Assembly: GCA_003193925.1 (NCBI GenBank)
Contig: PSPG01000001.1
Span: 64,001-128,000 of the forward strand
Direction of reading: 5' to 3'
DNA from: Candidatus Thalassarchaeum betae
Lineage (GTDB): Archaea > Thermoplasmatota > Poseidoniia > Poseidoniales > Thalassarchaeaceae
Length of the DNA stretch: 64,000 bases
Each line of letters begins with the position of its first letter. Position 1 is the first letter of the stretch. Shown here piece by piece: positions 37,885-47,310 of this stretch. Made by a program: the position numbers and the translations under genes. Below the pieces are notes generated by a model. The model saw only the letters and a list, made by a program, of their open reading frames with translations, was not told the DNA's origin and searched no databases.

Positions 37885-40800
37885 ATGGAAAATAAGAAAA
37901 TAATTGCAATGATGCTTACCCTGAGCATGCTGACGGCTGCGTTCGTCGGTTGCCTAGGCGGAGATGATGACGAACCGGAACCAGAGATGGTCATGGGTTG
38001 CACGGACGCGGCTGCGAACAACTACAACGCCGACGCGACGATGGACGATGGCTCGTGTACGTATGACCCGACATGGTCCCTGACACCTGCTTCAGGTGTT
38101 AGTGCTGTGTGGGTGACCTCGGACTGGGACCCCATCATCCCCAACCTGATTGCGGGAGATATGTGTGATGCTATTCTCTCGGCAATGACCAAGACGGATG
38201 AGAGAGACCTTGTGGTCGATTTCACTCGTGGCTACTACACCAGCAGCCAAGGAGTCATTGGAGCTAGCGGAGCCGCTGCCATCTCTGGCATCGGCGATTT
38301 GAACGCGGCTGGAACTACGATTGCCCTGCAATCTGGAACCACCTCAGACATCTACGCTCAGGATAACCTGGACGCAGCTACGATCCAAGCCTATCCGGAC
38401 TTCCCCTCGGTAATCGCAGCCATCAACAACGGAGATGCGGACTACGCACTCGGCGACGCACCTGTGCTCGCATTGGAGGGGACTCTTCTGACGACCTTCT
38501 CCGATGAGACATTCGGTCTGGCTATTCGCGAGGGCTCTGACGAGCTCGAAGATGCTCTGAACGTCGCGATAACCGCTCTAGTCGACGGTGGCCAGTACGA
38601 CGCCATCTTCGGAGCCTGGTTCGAGGGCGCGGTCGTCCTGACGGATGACAGAGACGCCAACACAGCGACGGCTTACCCGACACCCACTGAGGGCAGCACC
38701 CTAACCGGTGTCCTCGAGTCTGGTAACCTGAACTTCTGCACGGACCCGTTCTACCCGCCGTTCGAGAACCTCGACGCGGATGGGAACGCAGAGGGCTTCG
38801 ATGTCGATGTCGGCAACGCGATCGCTGAGGAAATGGCCGCCCACTACATGGGTGCGGCCAACCCCGATTTCGTACCGCCTGTTGTTGTGACCACGAAGAT
38901 CGGACTCCTGAACCCACTGACGGGCCCGATCGCTGTCTACGCACCGCCCTTCACTATCGCTGCACAGATGGCGATTGACGACCTGAACGCGGCGGGTGGC
39001 AACTTCGAGCTGGTCGAGGCCGACTCTGGCTGCAGCGGCGATGTCGCTGCTGGAGCCGCCCAGTCCCTAGTGGACGCGGGCGTGGTCGGCGTGGCAGGAG
39101 CTGCCTGCTCCGGTGCTTCGATGGCCGCTAACGCGGTCCTCCATGCTGCCGGTGTCGTGCAGGTCTCCTATGCGAGCACCAACCCCGGTCTGAGCGATGC
39201 AGATGCCTACCCAGGCTTCTGGCGAGTCGTGCCGAGCGATGCCATACAGGGCCCTGCCATGTCTGACATGGTGGCCGCTGCTGGTGCGTCCAACCCGGCA
39301 CTGATCCACATGACCAACGACTACGGTTCTGGTTTGGCAGACGCCTTCGAGGGCGCATGGGGCACTGACAACCTGTGCATCAAGGTCGGCTACGCGGACG
39401 ACCAGACCGACTGGACTGCCGAGGTTCAAGCAATAGGCGACGCTAACTGTGGCTCGGTCGTCATGGTGAGTTACTCCACTGATGGAGCAGCTATCCTTGA
39501 GACAATGGCCGTGGGAGGTATTTCACTACCTACTTTCGGTGCTGACGGCATCGCTGACGCCGCCTTCTTGGACGACTTCAGCGTACCTGCTATCGCTAAC
39601 GGCGTTATGGCTACCAAGCCGCGCGCTGGCTCGAGCGCTGGTGACTTCAACGAGCGCTGCGCTGCGGATGCAGACTGCGCTGGTGGTATCTACACCGCTG
39701 AGACCTACGACGCTGTGATGATGATCGGCGCCGCGTACAACGCGGGCGGCGACATGGCCGATAGCCTCAACTCGGTCGGAGTGGGCTATGGTGGAGCCAG
39801 TGGCTCCCACACGTTCCTTCCGAACGGTGATGTGGCTGGCGCTGGATACGACATCTGCAAGTTCGATGCCCTGTCATCTACTGACATCTACTTCACTTGC
39901 ATGCAGTGGTGGTCAGCGATCGACGGCATCCAGGACACACCCTTTGCGGGTATGACGGTGAAGATCGGCTTCCTGAACCCGATGACGGGCCCGATCGCGG
40001 TCTACGCACCGGGCTTCGGTGTCGCCGCTAACATCGCCCTAGGCATGATGAACATCGCCGGATGGGGCAGCGGACTGCAGTTCGAGTTGGTAATGGTCGA
40101 CTCCGGGTGCAGCCCCGAGACCGCTGCAACCGGCGCCCAGTCCCTACTGGACGCAGGCGTAGTCGGTGTGGTCGGAGCTGCGTGCTCCGGCGCAACGATG
40201 GCCGCCAACGGAATCCTCTCGGCTGCCGGCATCCCGATGATCTCGTACGCGAGCACCAACCCCGGACTCAGCAACGCTACGGCTTACCCGTTGTTCTTCC
40301 GCGTGGTGCCGAGCGACGCCATCCAGGGCCCTGCTCTGGCTGACGTGGTCACCGCCGACGGCGGTTCCGATGTCGCTCTGCTGTACATGACCAACGACTA
40401 CGGCTCGGGTCTGGCAGACTCGTTCGCAGCCGCATGGGAGGGCGCAGGCAACACCCTGTGCGCATCGATAGGCTACGAGGACACAACCACTGACTTCACC
40501 TCGCAGGTGCAGGCCGTGACGGACAACAGCTGTGGCAGCGTTATGCTAATCTCGTACGCTGCTGATGGTGCAGCCATCGTCGAGGAGCTCGCAGCTCAGA
40601 GCTTCTCCGGACAGATCTTCGGAGGCGACGGAATCGCTGAGGAGGGCCTGTGCGCATCTATGGCAGACCCATCCCTGTGCGACGGAATCGTGGCTACCAA
40701 GCCCGCTTCTCCGACGCCGAACGAGCGCTCGGTGGCATTCGGTGCCATCTGCGCTTCGATCCCGGACTGCGCTGGCGGTATCTACACCGCCGAGGCGTTC

Positions 40801-41040
40801 GATGCCATGATCATCCTGGGATACTCTGTGTTCGCGCAGTTGTCCAGCCCCGGAGCGACTCTGGCGCAGATGATCGGCGCCGTCGGTCAGGGATTCGTAG
40901 GCGCCAGTGGCGTCCACACCTTCACCGCTGATGGCGATGTAGGAGGCAGCGGTTACTGTGTTGGCACGTTCAGCATGGTCGACGGTGCGCCTTCCTTCGA
41001 CTGCACCCGCTCGTGGACATTGAGCGGCGGCATAATCTGA
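37885..41040 (+). CDS. Three-domain ABC substrate-binding lipoprotein: class II amino-acid-binding domain (permuted) plus two LivJ-like class I domains
   Basis: Lipobox GCLG; GCTD..A.NY...A..DDGSC linker; SBP_bac_3 motifs; two KIG.LNP.TGPIA...SYASTNPGLS...RVVPSD repeats. Confidence 0.88.
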   Translation: MENKKIIAMMLTLSMLTAAFVGCLGGDDDEPEPEMVMGCTDAAANNYNADATMDDGSCTYDPTWSLTPASGVSAVWVTSDWDPIIPNLIAGDMCDAILSAMTKTDERDLVVDFTRGYYTSSQGVIGASGAAAISGIGDLNAAGTTIALQSGTTSDIYAQDNLDAATIQAYPDFPSVIAAINNGDADYALGDAPVLALEGTLLTTFSDETFGLAIREGSDELEDALNVAITALVDGGQYDAIFGAWFEGAVVLTDDRDANTATAYPTPTEGSTLTGVLESGNLNFCTDPFYPPFENLDADGNAEGFDVDVGNAIAEEMAAHYMGAANPDFVPPVVVTTKIGLLNPLTGPIAVYAPPFTIAAQMAIDDLNAAGGNFELVEADSGCSGDVAAGAAQSLVDAGVVGVAGAACSGASMAANAVLHAAGVVQVSYASTNPGLSDADAYPGFWRVVPSDAIQGPAMSDMVAAAGASNPALIHMTNDYGSGLADAFEGAWGTDNLCIKVGYADDQTDWTAEVQAIGDANCGSVVMVSYSTDGAAILETMAVGGISLPTFGADGIADAAFLDDFSVPAIANGVMATKPRAGSSAGDFNERCAADADCAGGIYTAETYDAVMMIGAAYNAGGDMADSLNSVGVGYGGASGSHTFLPNGDVAGAGYDICKFDALSSTDIYFTCMQWWSAIDGIQDTPFAGMTVKIGFLNPMTGPIAVYAPGFGVAANIALGMMNIAGWGSGLQFELVMVDSGCSPETAATGAQSLLDAGVVGVVGAACSGATMAANGILSAAGIPMISYASTNPGLSNATAYPLFFRVVPSDAIQGPALADVVTADGGSDVALLYMTNDYGSGLADSFAAAWEGAGNTLCASIGYEDTTTDFTSQVQAVTDNSCGSVMLISYAADGAAIVEELAAQSFSGQIFGGDGIAEEGLCASMADPSLCDGIVATKPASPTPNERSVAFGAICASIPDCAGGIYTAEAFDAMIILGYSVFAQLSSPGATLAQMIGAVGQGFVGASGVHTFTADGDVGGSGYCVGTFSMVDGAPSFDCTRSWTLSGGII

Positions 41041-41077
41041 GTCCTAAAAGTGACTGAATGAAAACTGGGAACGTAAA

Positions 41078-41110
41078 GCACCACTGCGGGCTAACTGCCC
41101 GCCGTGGTGC
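41078..41110 (+). promoter_or_regulatory. Intercistronic hairpin after the binding-protein gene
   Basis: GCACCAC-T-GCGGGC-TAACT-GCCCGC-C-GTGGTGC, 13 bp with one mismatch. Confidence 0.55.
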
Positions 41111-41165
41111 CCCCCAACAATGATTACCGCACACAGACAGCGTCGAGCGTGCGGTAGCGCCGCGG

Positions 41166-44100
41166 GTGACGCCGATGCTTGGACCAGTATTCGACAGGTG
41201 GCACTCGCTCTCCAGAGGGCAACGCAGGACAGCCATCGCCCTGCTGATTCTCATAGACGCGAACATCGGCCTGCTGTACGGTTCAGGCCTGCTCAATCAG
41301 TTCGATTCGATATCAGGAGGCAAGATACCCAACGACATGGTCTGGCTTCTCCAGGCCATCGAGTCGATATCCGGCGGATTCTTTCTGGTCAAGATCCTGT
41401 TCGACGACGTCGCGGCCAGTTGGCCCAGATCAATCGGCATCGCTCTGTCCCCCCTGTTCATCCTGTTCATCGTGGGAATGACCCTGGACAACCTGTTCAA
41501 GGGCCTAGATGACGATGTGAGGATCACACTCGATCTGATTTCCATCTCCACTTCCACTCTGACTTGGTCGTCGACCTACCTCGCGATTGCGGTCGGCCTC
41601 ACTCTGACCTACAAGGTCCAGCGCTACGGTAACTTCGCCCAGAGCGAGCTCTTCATGATGGGGATGTATCTCTCTATGGTGATGGTATGGAGCGATTACT
41701 TCTTCCCGCTGTACGACGCACCCAGAGACGGCACTCTGGCCTGGTCCCTGCTGCTCTGGACTGTGCTGGCAGCCTTCGTCCTGACTGGCATAGCTGGCAT
41801 AATCATCGACCGCCTGGTCTACCGGGGCTTCCGCAAGAAGGAAACCAAACCTCAGGTGATGATGATAGCGTCTCTGGGTGTCGCACTCATTCTCAGGGCC
41901 ATCGTCTACCTGCGCTTCGGGGCGGGCAAGAAGATGTTCGAGCCGGATGCGGACTGGAGGGTGCCCACCCTCAGGTGGGACATACCCACACATAAGCTGC
42001 GCCTCAACCTCGGCAACAGGGATCTCGAAGAGGGCCAGACGTACACCCACGGTCCCACCATAGGGGAATGCACCGAAATTGACGGCGCCCTTCAGCCAGA
42101 GGTCAGTGGCTCCACGCCCCTTTTCGATCTGTACAACGCGGCCAACGACTGCGTAACCGAGGCCACCACCGGCTACGCGTACTACAAGGGCGCCATGCCC
42201 CTGGTGATATTCTCCTCTGTCCTCCTTCTGCTAATCCTGCTGAGGAAGACCCGCTTGGGCCGCAGGATGAGGGCGGTCGCCGACAACCCCGACCTCGCAG
42301 CGAGCAGCGGCATCAACGTGGAGAACATCCAGATGACCAGCGCCTTCCTGTCCGCTGGCATCTCGGGAATGGGTGGGGCCATCTTCGCGATGACGCTGAG
42401 GTTCGCCCCCGAGACCGCTTTCACCCTCCTCTTGCCGTCGTTCGCCATCATCGTCCTCGGCACCATCGGCTCGATTCCCGGAGTCCTGGTCGGCTCGCTG
42501 ATCGTCGGATTCGTCAGAGCACTGTCTTCGCCGGTGCTGATTGCCATTGGCCAGCCCCTGGGCCGCTCCAATTACACCGCGCTCGACGGGGTGATGCCCT
42601 ACATCTTCCTCATAGCAATCCTGATGATCATGCCGAGCGGCATCGGCGCCGCCTACGAGAAGTGGAAGGTCGACAGGTTACGCAGACGAGCCGAGGAGCA
42701 GCCATCCAAGCGATTGGGAGGACTCCTCGCCATTTCCCCGTTGGGTGCTTTGGGGGCGCATAACTTCCAGCAGAGGAAGAATGCCCGCGGCGAGTCGATG
42801 ATGATAGTCTCAGTCGGCGCCTACGTATTCAGCAGGATCACCCGCTTCATCAGCGGCAACTCCTTCGCCGACGGCTCGTGCTCGAACGACTGCCAAGCCA
42901 GTGAGTCCTCTGCCACCAACTTCGAGATGGTGACCGGCAGGACGGAAGGCGACTTCATTCTGGAGGACTCGCCATTCTCCCTCTCAGACGTGCCAGACCC
43001 CCCCGACGGTCTGGACGCAACGTTGCACGACCAATGGCTCACCGACGCTCTGAGCGAACTCAACAACTCGTGGTTGGACCTGATGAACACCGAGCTGGGC
43101 CTCGTGGACAACCTCGTGAGCCTCGGCGACGCCCTGTGGCCCGCCGTGCCCCTCCTAGTATGGATAATCGCAGCATTCGAGGGACTTTACCTGCTACAGG
43201 GTCGTGACGAGGACGCCCTGCGGCCCGCGACCGAGTTCCTGAACAGTCTCCTGGCCCCCGTCATGCAGTCGAGAAACTCCGGCTCAGTAGCGATGACCCA
43301 GGCTCTCGGCTTGGCCAAGGCCCCCCTCGATTCGTTCCACACAGCGCTGTATGACAGTCTGGACAGGTTCCAGTCGGGCTTCGACCGTAATCAGAAGTAC
43401 ATGCTCCTAGCAGTCTTGGTGATAGTTCTAGTTTCGGAGTTGCCGCCGTTCTTCGGAAAAGCCCTCCTAGTGCTCGGCTTGCTCTGGCTCGTCGGACTAA
43501 CTATCCTAGCATGGCGCTCAGGCGAGGGGCCCTTGGGAGAACTGAGGCGCCTCTCCCCGCACGGCAGAGAGAGCCCCATCGGTTCGTGGGTGCTCTTCCT
43601 CTCGGTACTGGTATTCCTTCTGCTGTTCGTGGAGTGGCTGCCTGTGGCCGAGGTAGAGAATCATGACTTCATCAAGGCGCTCCAAGTCTCCAACGTCCTG
43701 ACCACTCTGGCCATCTTCACCCTGATGGCTTTCGCCCTGAATCTGCATACGGGCGTAACTGGAATGGTTAACTTCGGCATCATCTTCTTCGTTGGGGTCG
43801 GGGCGATCACCGTCGGCCTCCTCACCGCCCCCAAGGACCTGCACGGGTACGACTGGCCCGTTTTCTGGGCCGTTGTCGCCGCCGTGCTGATCTCAGCAGG
43901 CTTTGGCTGGCTGCTCGCCTATCCCACAGCCAGGCTGAGGATGGACTACTTCGCTATCGTGACGATATCCCTCGGCGAGATTGCCCGCGTCCTCTTGATG
44001 GGGGAGCCACTGCTCAGAGCAGGCTCGTGGGGCTCGGCGATCGGTATCTCGAGGTACAAGCTGCCGTTGAAGGACTGGTGGTTCTGCGGTAGCGGTGAGC

Positions 44101-45062
44101 ATCTGAGCGAAGCGGGAGGGTTACTTAGTTCGGATGAGTGCCGCGGGGTGGTGGGAATCGGCAGCCCGGCGGAGAAGCTCGGCCGCTCTGACATCCCAGT
44201 GCTCGATGACAGGGGAGGAGTCATCGATGGGGAGTTACTTTACGAAGCGACATGGTTCTCGATGGATCTTGGTGAGCCCGCGCCCTACATGATGGTGCTC
44301 GCCATCATCGGCGTCGTCAGCCTGATTCTGATCTGGTGGCTCTTGGAGACGCTGCTCAAGTCCCCGTGGGGGCGGATCCTGCGTTCGATCAGGGAGGACG
44401 AGGAGGTCGCTCAGCACCACGGGCACGATGTGCTCACGCACAAGGCGGCCAGCCTCGCTCTGGGCGCTGGGATAGCAGCCTTCGCCGGTGCCCTGTGGGC
44501 GTGGAAGCTCACCGGCTTCCAACCGTCCTTCATGGCCCCGGCGAAGTCGACCTTCCTGGTCTGGGCCGCGTTCATCGTCGGCGGGGCGGCCAACAACAAG
44601 GGCATGGTGGTGGGAGCGTTCATCATAGTACTCATGGAATTCGTGTTCAATGTCTTAGTTGCCGGCCAAGGCTCGTCAGACCTGCCGCTGCACGAGACCG
44701 CGGCGAAGATTGACCAGCTCTTCGAGTGGCTGGTCACAGGAAGCGATCTGTGGTTCTGGCCCCACACCACCCCGATCGAGACGTTCCTGCTGCTCGCTGC
44801 ATTGGGACTGTTGATCAACAAATCAGCGATGGTCGAACTAGGATTCTCGGGAGTCGCCGTGTTCATGGCAACCTACCTGCTTCTGGGCGAGCGCTCCATC
44901 GACGAGTCGTTCGTCGGCGGCAGCATCCTCGCCAACATGGCCTATGTCAAGGTCTTCCTAGTCGGGTGCCTCATCCTGCTCTCGCTGAAGTACAACGCCA
45001 GGGGCATACTGCCTGAGGTGCCCGTCAGACCACCGAGGCCAACGGAAGGTGATGCGGAATGA
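41166..45062 (+). CDS. Fused LivH-LivM branched-chain amino-acid ABC permease with extra domains
   Basis: LivH half: GLTLTY...NFAQ, GRRMRAVADN...SGIN, LGTIGS. LivM half: ALNLHTGVTGMVNFG, RLRMDYFAIVT, GRILRSIREDE. Confidence 0.9.
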   Translation: MTPMLGPVFDRWHSLSRGQRRTAIALLILIDANIGLLYGSGLLNQFDSISGGKIPNDMVWLLQAIESISGGFFLVKILFDDVAASWPRSIGIALSPLFILFIVGMTLDNLFKGLDDDVRITLDLISISTSTLTWSSTYLAIAVGLTLTYKVQRYGNFAQSELFMMGMYLSMVMVWSDYFFPLYDAPRDGTLAWSLLLWTVLAAFVLTGIAGIIIDRLVYRGFRKKETKPQVMMIASLGVALILRAIVYLRFGAGKKMFEPDADWRVPTLRWDIPTHKLRLNLGNRDLEEGQTYTHGPTIGECTEIDGALQPEVSGSTPLFDLYNAANDCVTEATTGYAYYKGAMPLVIFSSVLLLLILLRKTRLGRRMRAVADNPDLAASSGINVENIQMTSAFLSAGISGMGGAIFAMTLRFAPETAFTLLLPSFAIIVLGTIGSIPGVLVGSLIVGFVRALSSPVLIAIGQPLGRSNYTALDGVMPYIFLIAILMIMPSGIGAAYEKWKVDRLRRRAEEQPSKRLGGLLAISPLGALGAHNFQQRKNARGESMMIVSVGAYVFSRITRFISGNSFADGSCSNDCQASESSATNFEMVTGRTEGDFILEDSPFSLSDVPDPPDGLDATLHDQWLTDALSELNNSWLDLMNTELGLVDNLVSLGDALWPAVPLLVWIIAAFEGLYLLQGRDEDALRPATEFLNSLLAPVMQSRNSGSVAMTQALGLAKAPLDSFHTALYDSLDRFQSGFDRNQKYMLLAVLVIVLVSELPPFFGKALLVLGLLWLVGLTILAWRSGEGPLGELRRLSPHGRESPIGSWVLFLSVLVFLLLFVEWLPVAEVENHDFIKALQVSNVLTTLAIFTLMAFALNLHTGVTGMVNFGIIFFVGVGAITVGLLTAPKDLHGYDWPVFWAVVAAVLISAGFGWLLAYPTARLRMDYFAIVTISLGEIARVLLMGEPLLRAGSWGSAIGISRYKLPLKDWWFCGSGEHLSEAGGLLSSDECRGVVGIGSPAEKLGRSDIPVLDDRGGVIDGELLYEATWFSMDLGEPAPYMMVLAIIGVVSLILIWWLLETLLKSPWGRILRSIREDEEVAQHHGHDVLTHKAASLALGAGIAAFAGALWAWKLTGFQPSFMAPAKSTFLVWAAFIVGGAANNKGMVVGAFIIVLMEFVFNVLVAGQGSSDLPLHETAAKIDQLFEWLVTGSDLWFWPHTTPIETFLLLAALGLLINKSAMVELGFSGVAVFMATYLLLGERSIDESFVGGSILANMAYVKVFLVGCLILLSLKYNARGILPEVPVRPPRPTEGDAE

Positions 45063-46084
45063 AGAACGCGCTGAAGGTCGAGAACCTGCGAATGGAGTTC
45101 GGCGGGCTGGTCGCTGTCAAGGACGTCTCCTTCGAACTCGGCGAAGGCGAGTTCGTGGGCCTCATCGGACCTAACGGATGCGGCAAGTCGACCATCTTCA
45201 ACTGCATCAGCGGCCTGCTTGACCAGACCACCGGAACGGTCGAGGTATTCGGTCAGGACGTCTCCGAGAACAGACCGGATGAGATTCAGAAGCTCGGCCT
45301 CACCCGAACCTTCCAACTCACCAGGCTATGGCGTCAGATGACGGTGGTAGAGAACCTCATGGTGCCTCCGAGAAAGCAGTTCCTCTCCCCCGAGTCCGAA
45401 GCTCCGATGCACCGCGCGTACTCCCTCCTCTCGGTCTTCGCCGTACTCGCCTCCCTCTCGGTAGTGGCGTATTATGCGATTGGGAACGGGGTGTTCTGGT
45501 CGTTGTTCAATCTCATAGCGGCCCTCGGATTGCTCACCGGCGTCATCGCATTCAGGCTGATCGAGGGTAAATCGGAGTTCGACGCAGCCACAGATCGGAT
45601 TGAATCGGCATTCCTCCCCCCGCTGTTCGTACTGCACGCTCTGTTTAGGCCGGGCAGCCGAGCCGCTGAGGAGGAGCGGCTGGCCAAGGCGTACTCGGTG
45701 CTCGACCAGCTCGAGATCCCCCACATGGCTCACAACCTGACCAGCGAGCTCTCCGGCGGTCAGAGCAAGCTCGTCGACATTGGCCGCTCGATGATGGGCG
45801 ACCCACAGTTGCTGCTGCTAGACGAGCCGGTGGCGGGAGTCGCTGGCCCGCTCGCACTGAAGATATTCAACAATCTGAGGAAGATAGTAGATGACACCGG
45901 CATCTCCGTGCTCATCATCGAGCACAACATGGACTTCATCCTCAGGCAGGGAGTCGACCGGATCATCGTCATGAAGGAGGGCGAGATACTGATGCAGGGC
46001 ACGCCCGACGAGGTCAGGGGCAACAGAGCGGTCATCGAGGCCTACCTCGGAGCCGCAGGAGAGCCCCAGGAGGTAGAGGAATGA
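45059..46084 (+). CDS. livG: ABC ATPase LivG with a hydrophobic insert
   Basis: FGGLVAV, GPNGCGKS, RTFQ, LSGGQ, LLLDEP, IEHNM and EAYLG motifs. Confidence 0.9.
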   Translation: MKNALKVENLRMEFGGLVAVKDVSFELGEGEFVGLIGPNGCGKSTIFNCISGLLDQTTGTVEVFGQDVSENRPDEIQKLGLTRTFQLTRLWRQMTVVENLMVPPRKQFLSPESEAPMHRAYSLLSVFAVLASLSVVAYYAIGNGVFWSLFNLIAALGLLTGVIAFRLIEGKSEFDAATDRIESAFLPPLFVLHALFRPGSRAAEEERLAKAYSVLDQLEIPHMAHNLTSELSGGQSKLVDIGRSMMGDPQLLLLDEPVAGVAGPLALKIFNNLRKIVDDTGISVLIIEHNMDFILRQGVDRIIVMKEGEILMQGTPDEVRGNRAVIEAYLGAAGEPQEVEE

Positions 46085-46800
46085 CCAGAGTCCTGGAAAT
46101 CAAGAACCTTGAGGCAGGCTATGGCTCGGTACAGATCCTGCATGGCATAGACATGCATGTCGACGAGGGCGAGTTCGTCACCGTCATCGGTCCCAACGGC
46201 TGCGGCAAATCCACCCTGATCAAGACCATATTCGGGATCGCCACCTACTACCGCGGCGACATCGAGTATCGCGACAGGGACGTCTCGGGATGGAGGACAG
46301 ACCAACTCGTGAATCACGGGATAGCATACGTCCCCCAAGTCGACAACGTGTTCCCATCGCTTTCAGTCGAGGAGAACCTGCAGATGGGTGGCAACACGCT
46401 GGACACCAGAACGCTCAACGAGAGGATTGAGAGATCACTCACCATGTTCCCAGACCTGCGAAACAGGGTCCACGACCTAGCAGCCTCGCTCTCGGGCGGC
46501 GAGCGCCAGATGCTCGCCATCTCGCGCGCGCTCATCTCCGACCCGAACTTCCTGCTTCTCGACGAGCCCACCGCCGCGCTCTCACCGCTCTACCAGCAGC
46601 AGATCATCGAGCGCATCGACTCCCTGCGAAAGGACGGAATCACCGTTCTCATCGTCGAGCAGAACGCCCGTCTCTCCCTGTCGCGCTCCGACCGCGGCTA
46701 CATCATGGCCAACGGCAAAATCGTCCACACCGGCGATGCCCAGCACATCCTCACAGACCCTGAGATCGCCGAGTACTTCCTCGGCGGGACCTCCGACTAG
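46081..46800 (+). CDS. livF: ABC ATPase LivF
   Basis: GPNGCGKS, YVPQ..NVF, LSGGERQMLA, LDEP and VEQN motifs. Confidence 0.93.
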   Translation: MTRVLEIKNLEAGYGSVQILHGIDMHVDEGEFVTVIGPNGCGKSTLIKTIFGIATYYRGDIEYRDRDVSGWRTDQLVNHGIAYVPQVDNVFPSLSVEENLQMGGNTLDTRTLNERIERSLTMFPDLRNRVHDLAASLSGGERQMLAISRALISDPNFLLLDEPTAALSPLYQQQIIERIDSLRKDGITVLIVEQNARLSLSRSDRGYIMANGKIVHTGDAQHILTDPEIAEYFLGGTSD

Positions 46801-46825
46801 CCAGGCCGCTCGCGTAGGTGACTTT

Positions 46826-47263
46826 TCAGGGAATATCGCAGAAGGACAGCCTCAGGAACTCGCTGTCGGTAGCCACCCTCTCGAACGGACCCCGGTTTGC
46901 TCCACTAAGGTCCCTGAGGTGGATCTCGGCGGTCACCGCCACTATAGCACTGATGAGGTGGCCGCCGCGGACCACATGCCCATCATCGGACAGAACGACG
47001 TGGATGTGCGTGAAAGGGCCATCCGGTCCGGGAGCCAGATTCCCCTCAGTCGAGAGCAGTTCCATCGCGTCCACGTGAAGCGCGGTGCGGTAGGACCCAT
47101 CACCATCCAGATAGCCCATTTCCGTATCTCTCACGCGGCCGATGCCGCTGGTTATGGCGGCGGCCGTGATCCCATGCTGCGACAGACTGCGCAGCGACTC
47201 GTGCAACTCCTCGCCCGGATCAAGCCTGACGAAGACGTCTTTGCCGTCCTGCGCGAACTCCAC
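46826..47263 (-). CDS. PPC/DUF296 domain protein
   Basis: RLDPGEEL, GIG, ELLSTEGN, HIHVVL, GGHL and TAEI motifs. Confidence 0.88.
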   Translation of the reverse strand: MEFAQDGKDVFVRLDPGEELHESLRSLSQHGITAAAITSGIGRVRDTEMGYLDGDGSYRTALHVDAMELLSTEGNLAPGPDGPFTHIHVVLSDDGHVVRGGHLISAIVAVTAEIHLRDLSGANRGPFERVATDSEFLRLSFCDIP

Positions 47264-47310
47264 GCACGCCCATCGTGCCCCGACGCTTGAATGCCACCCA
47301 ACGCCGATTT

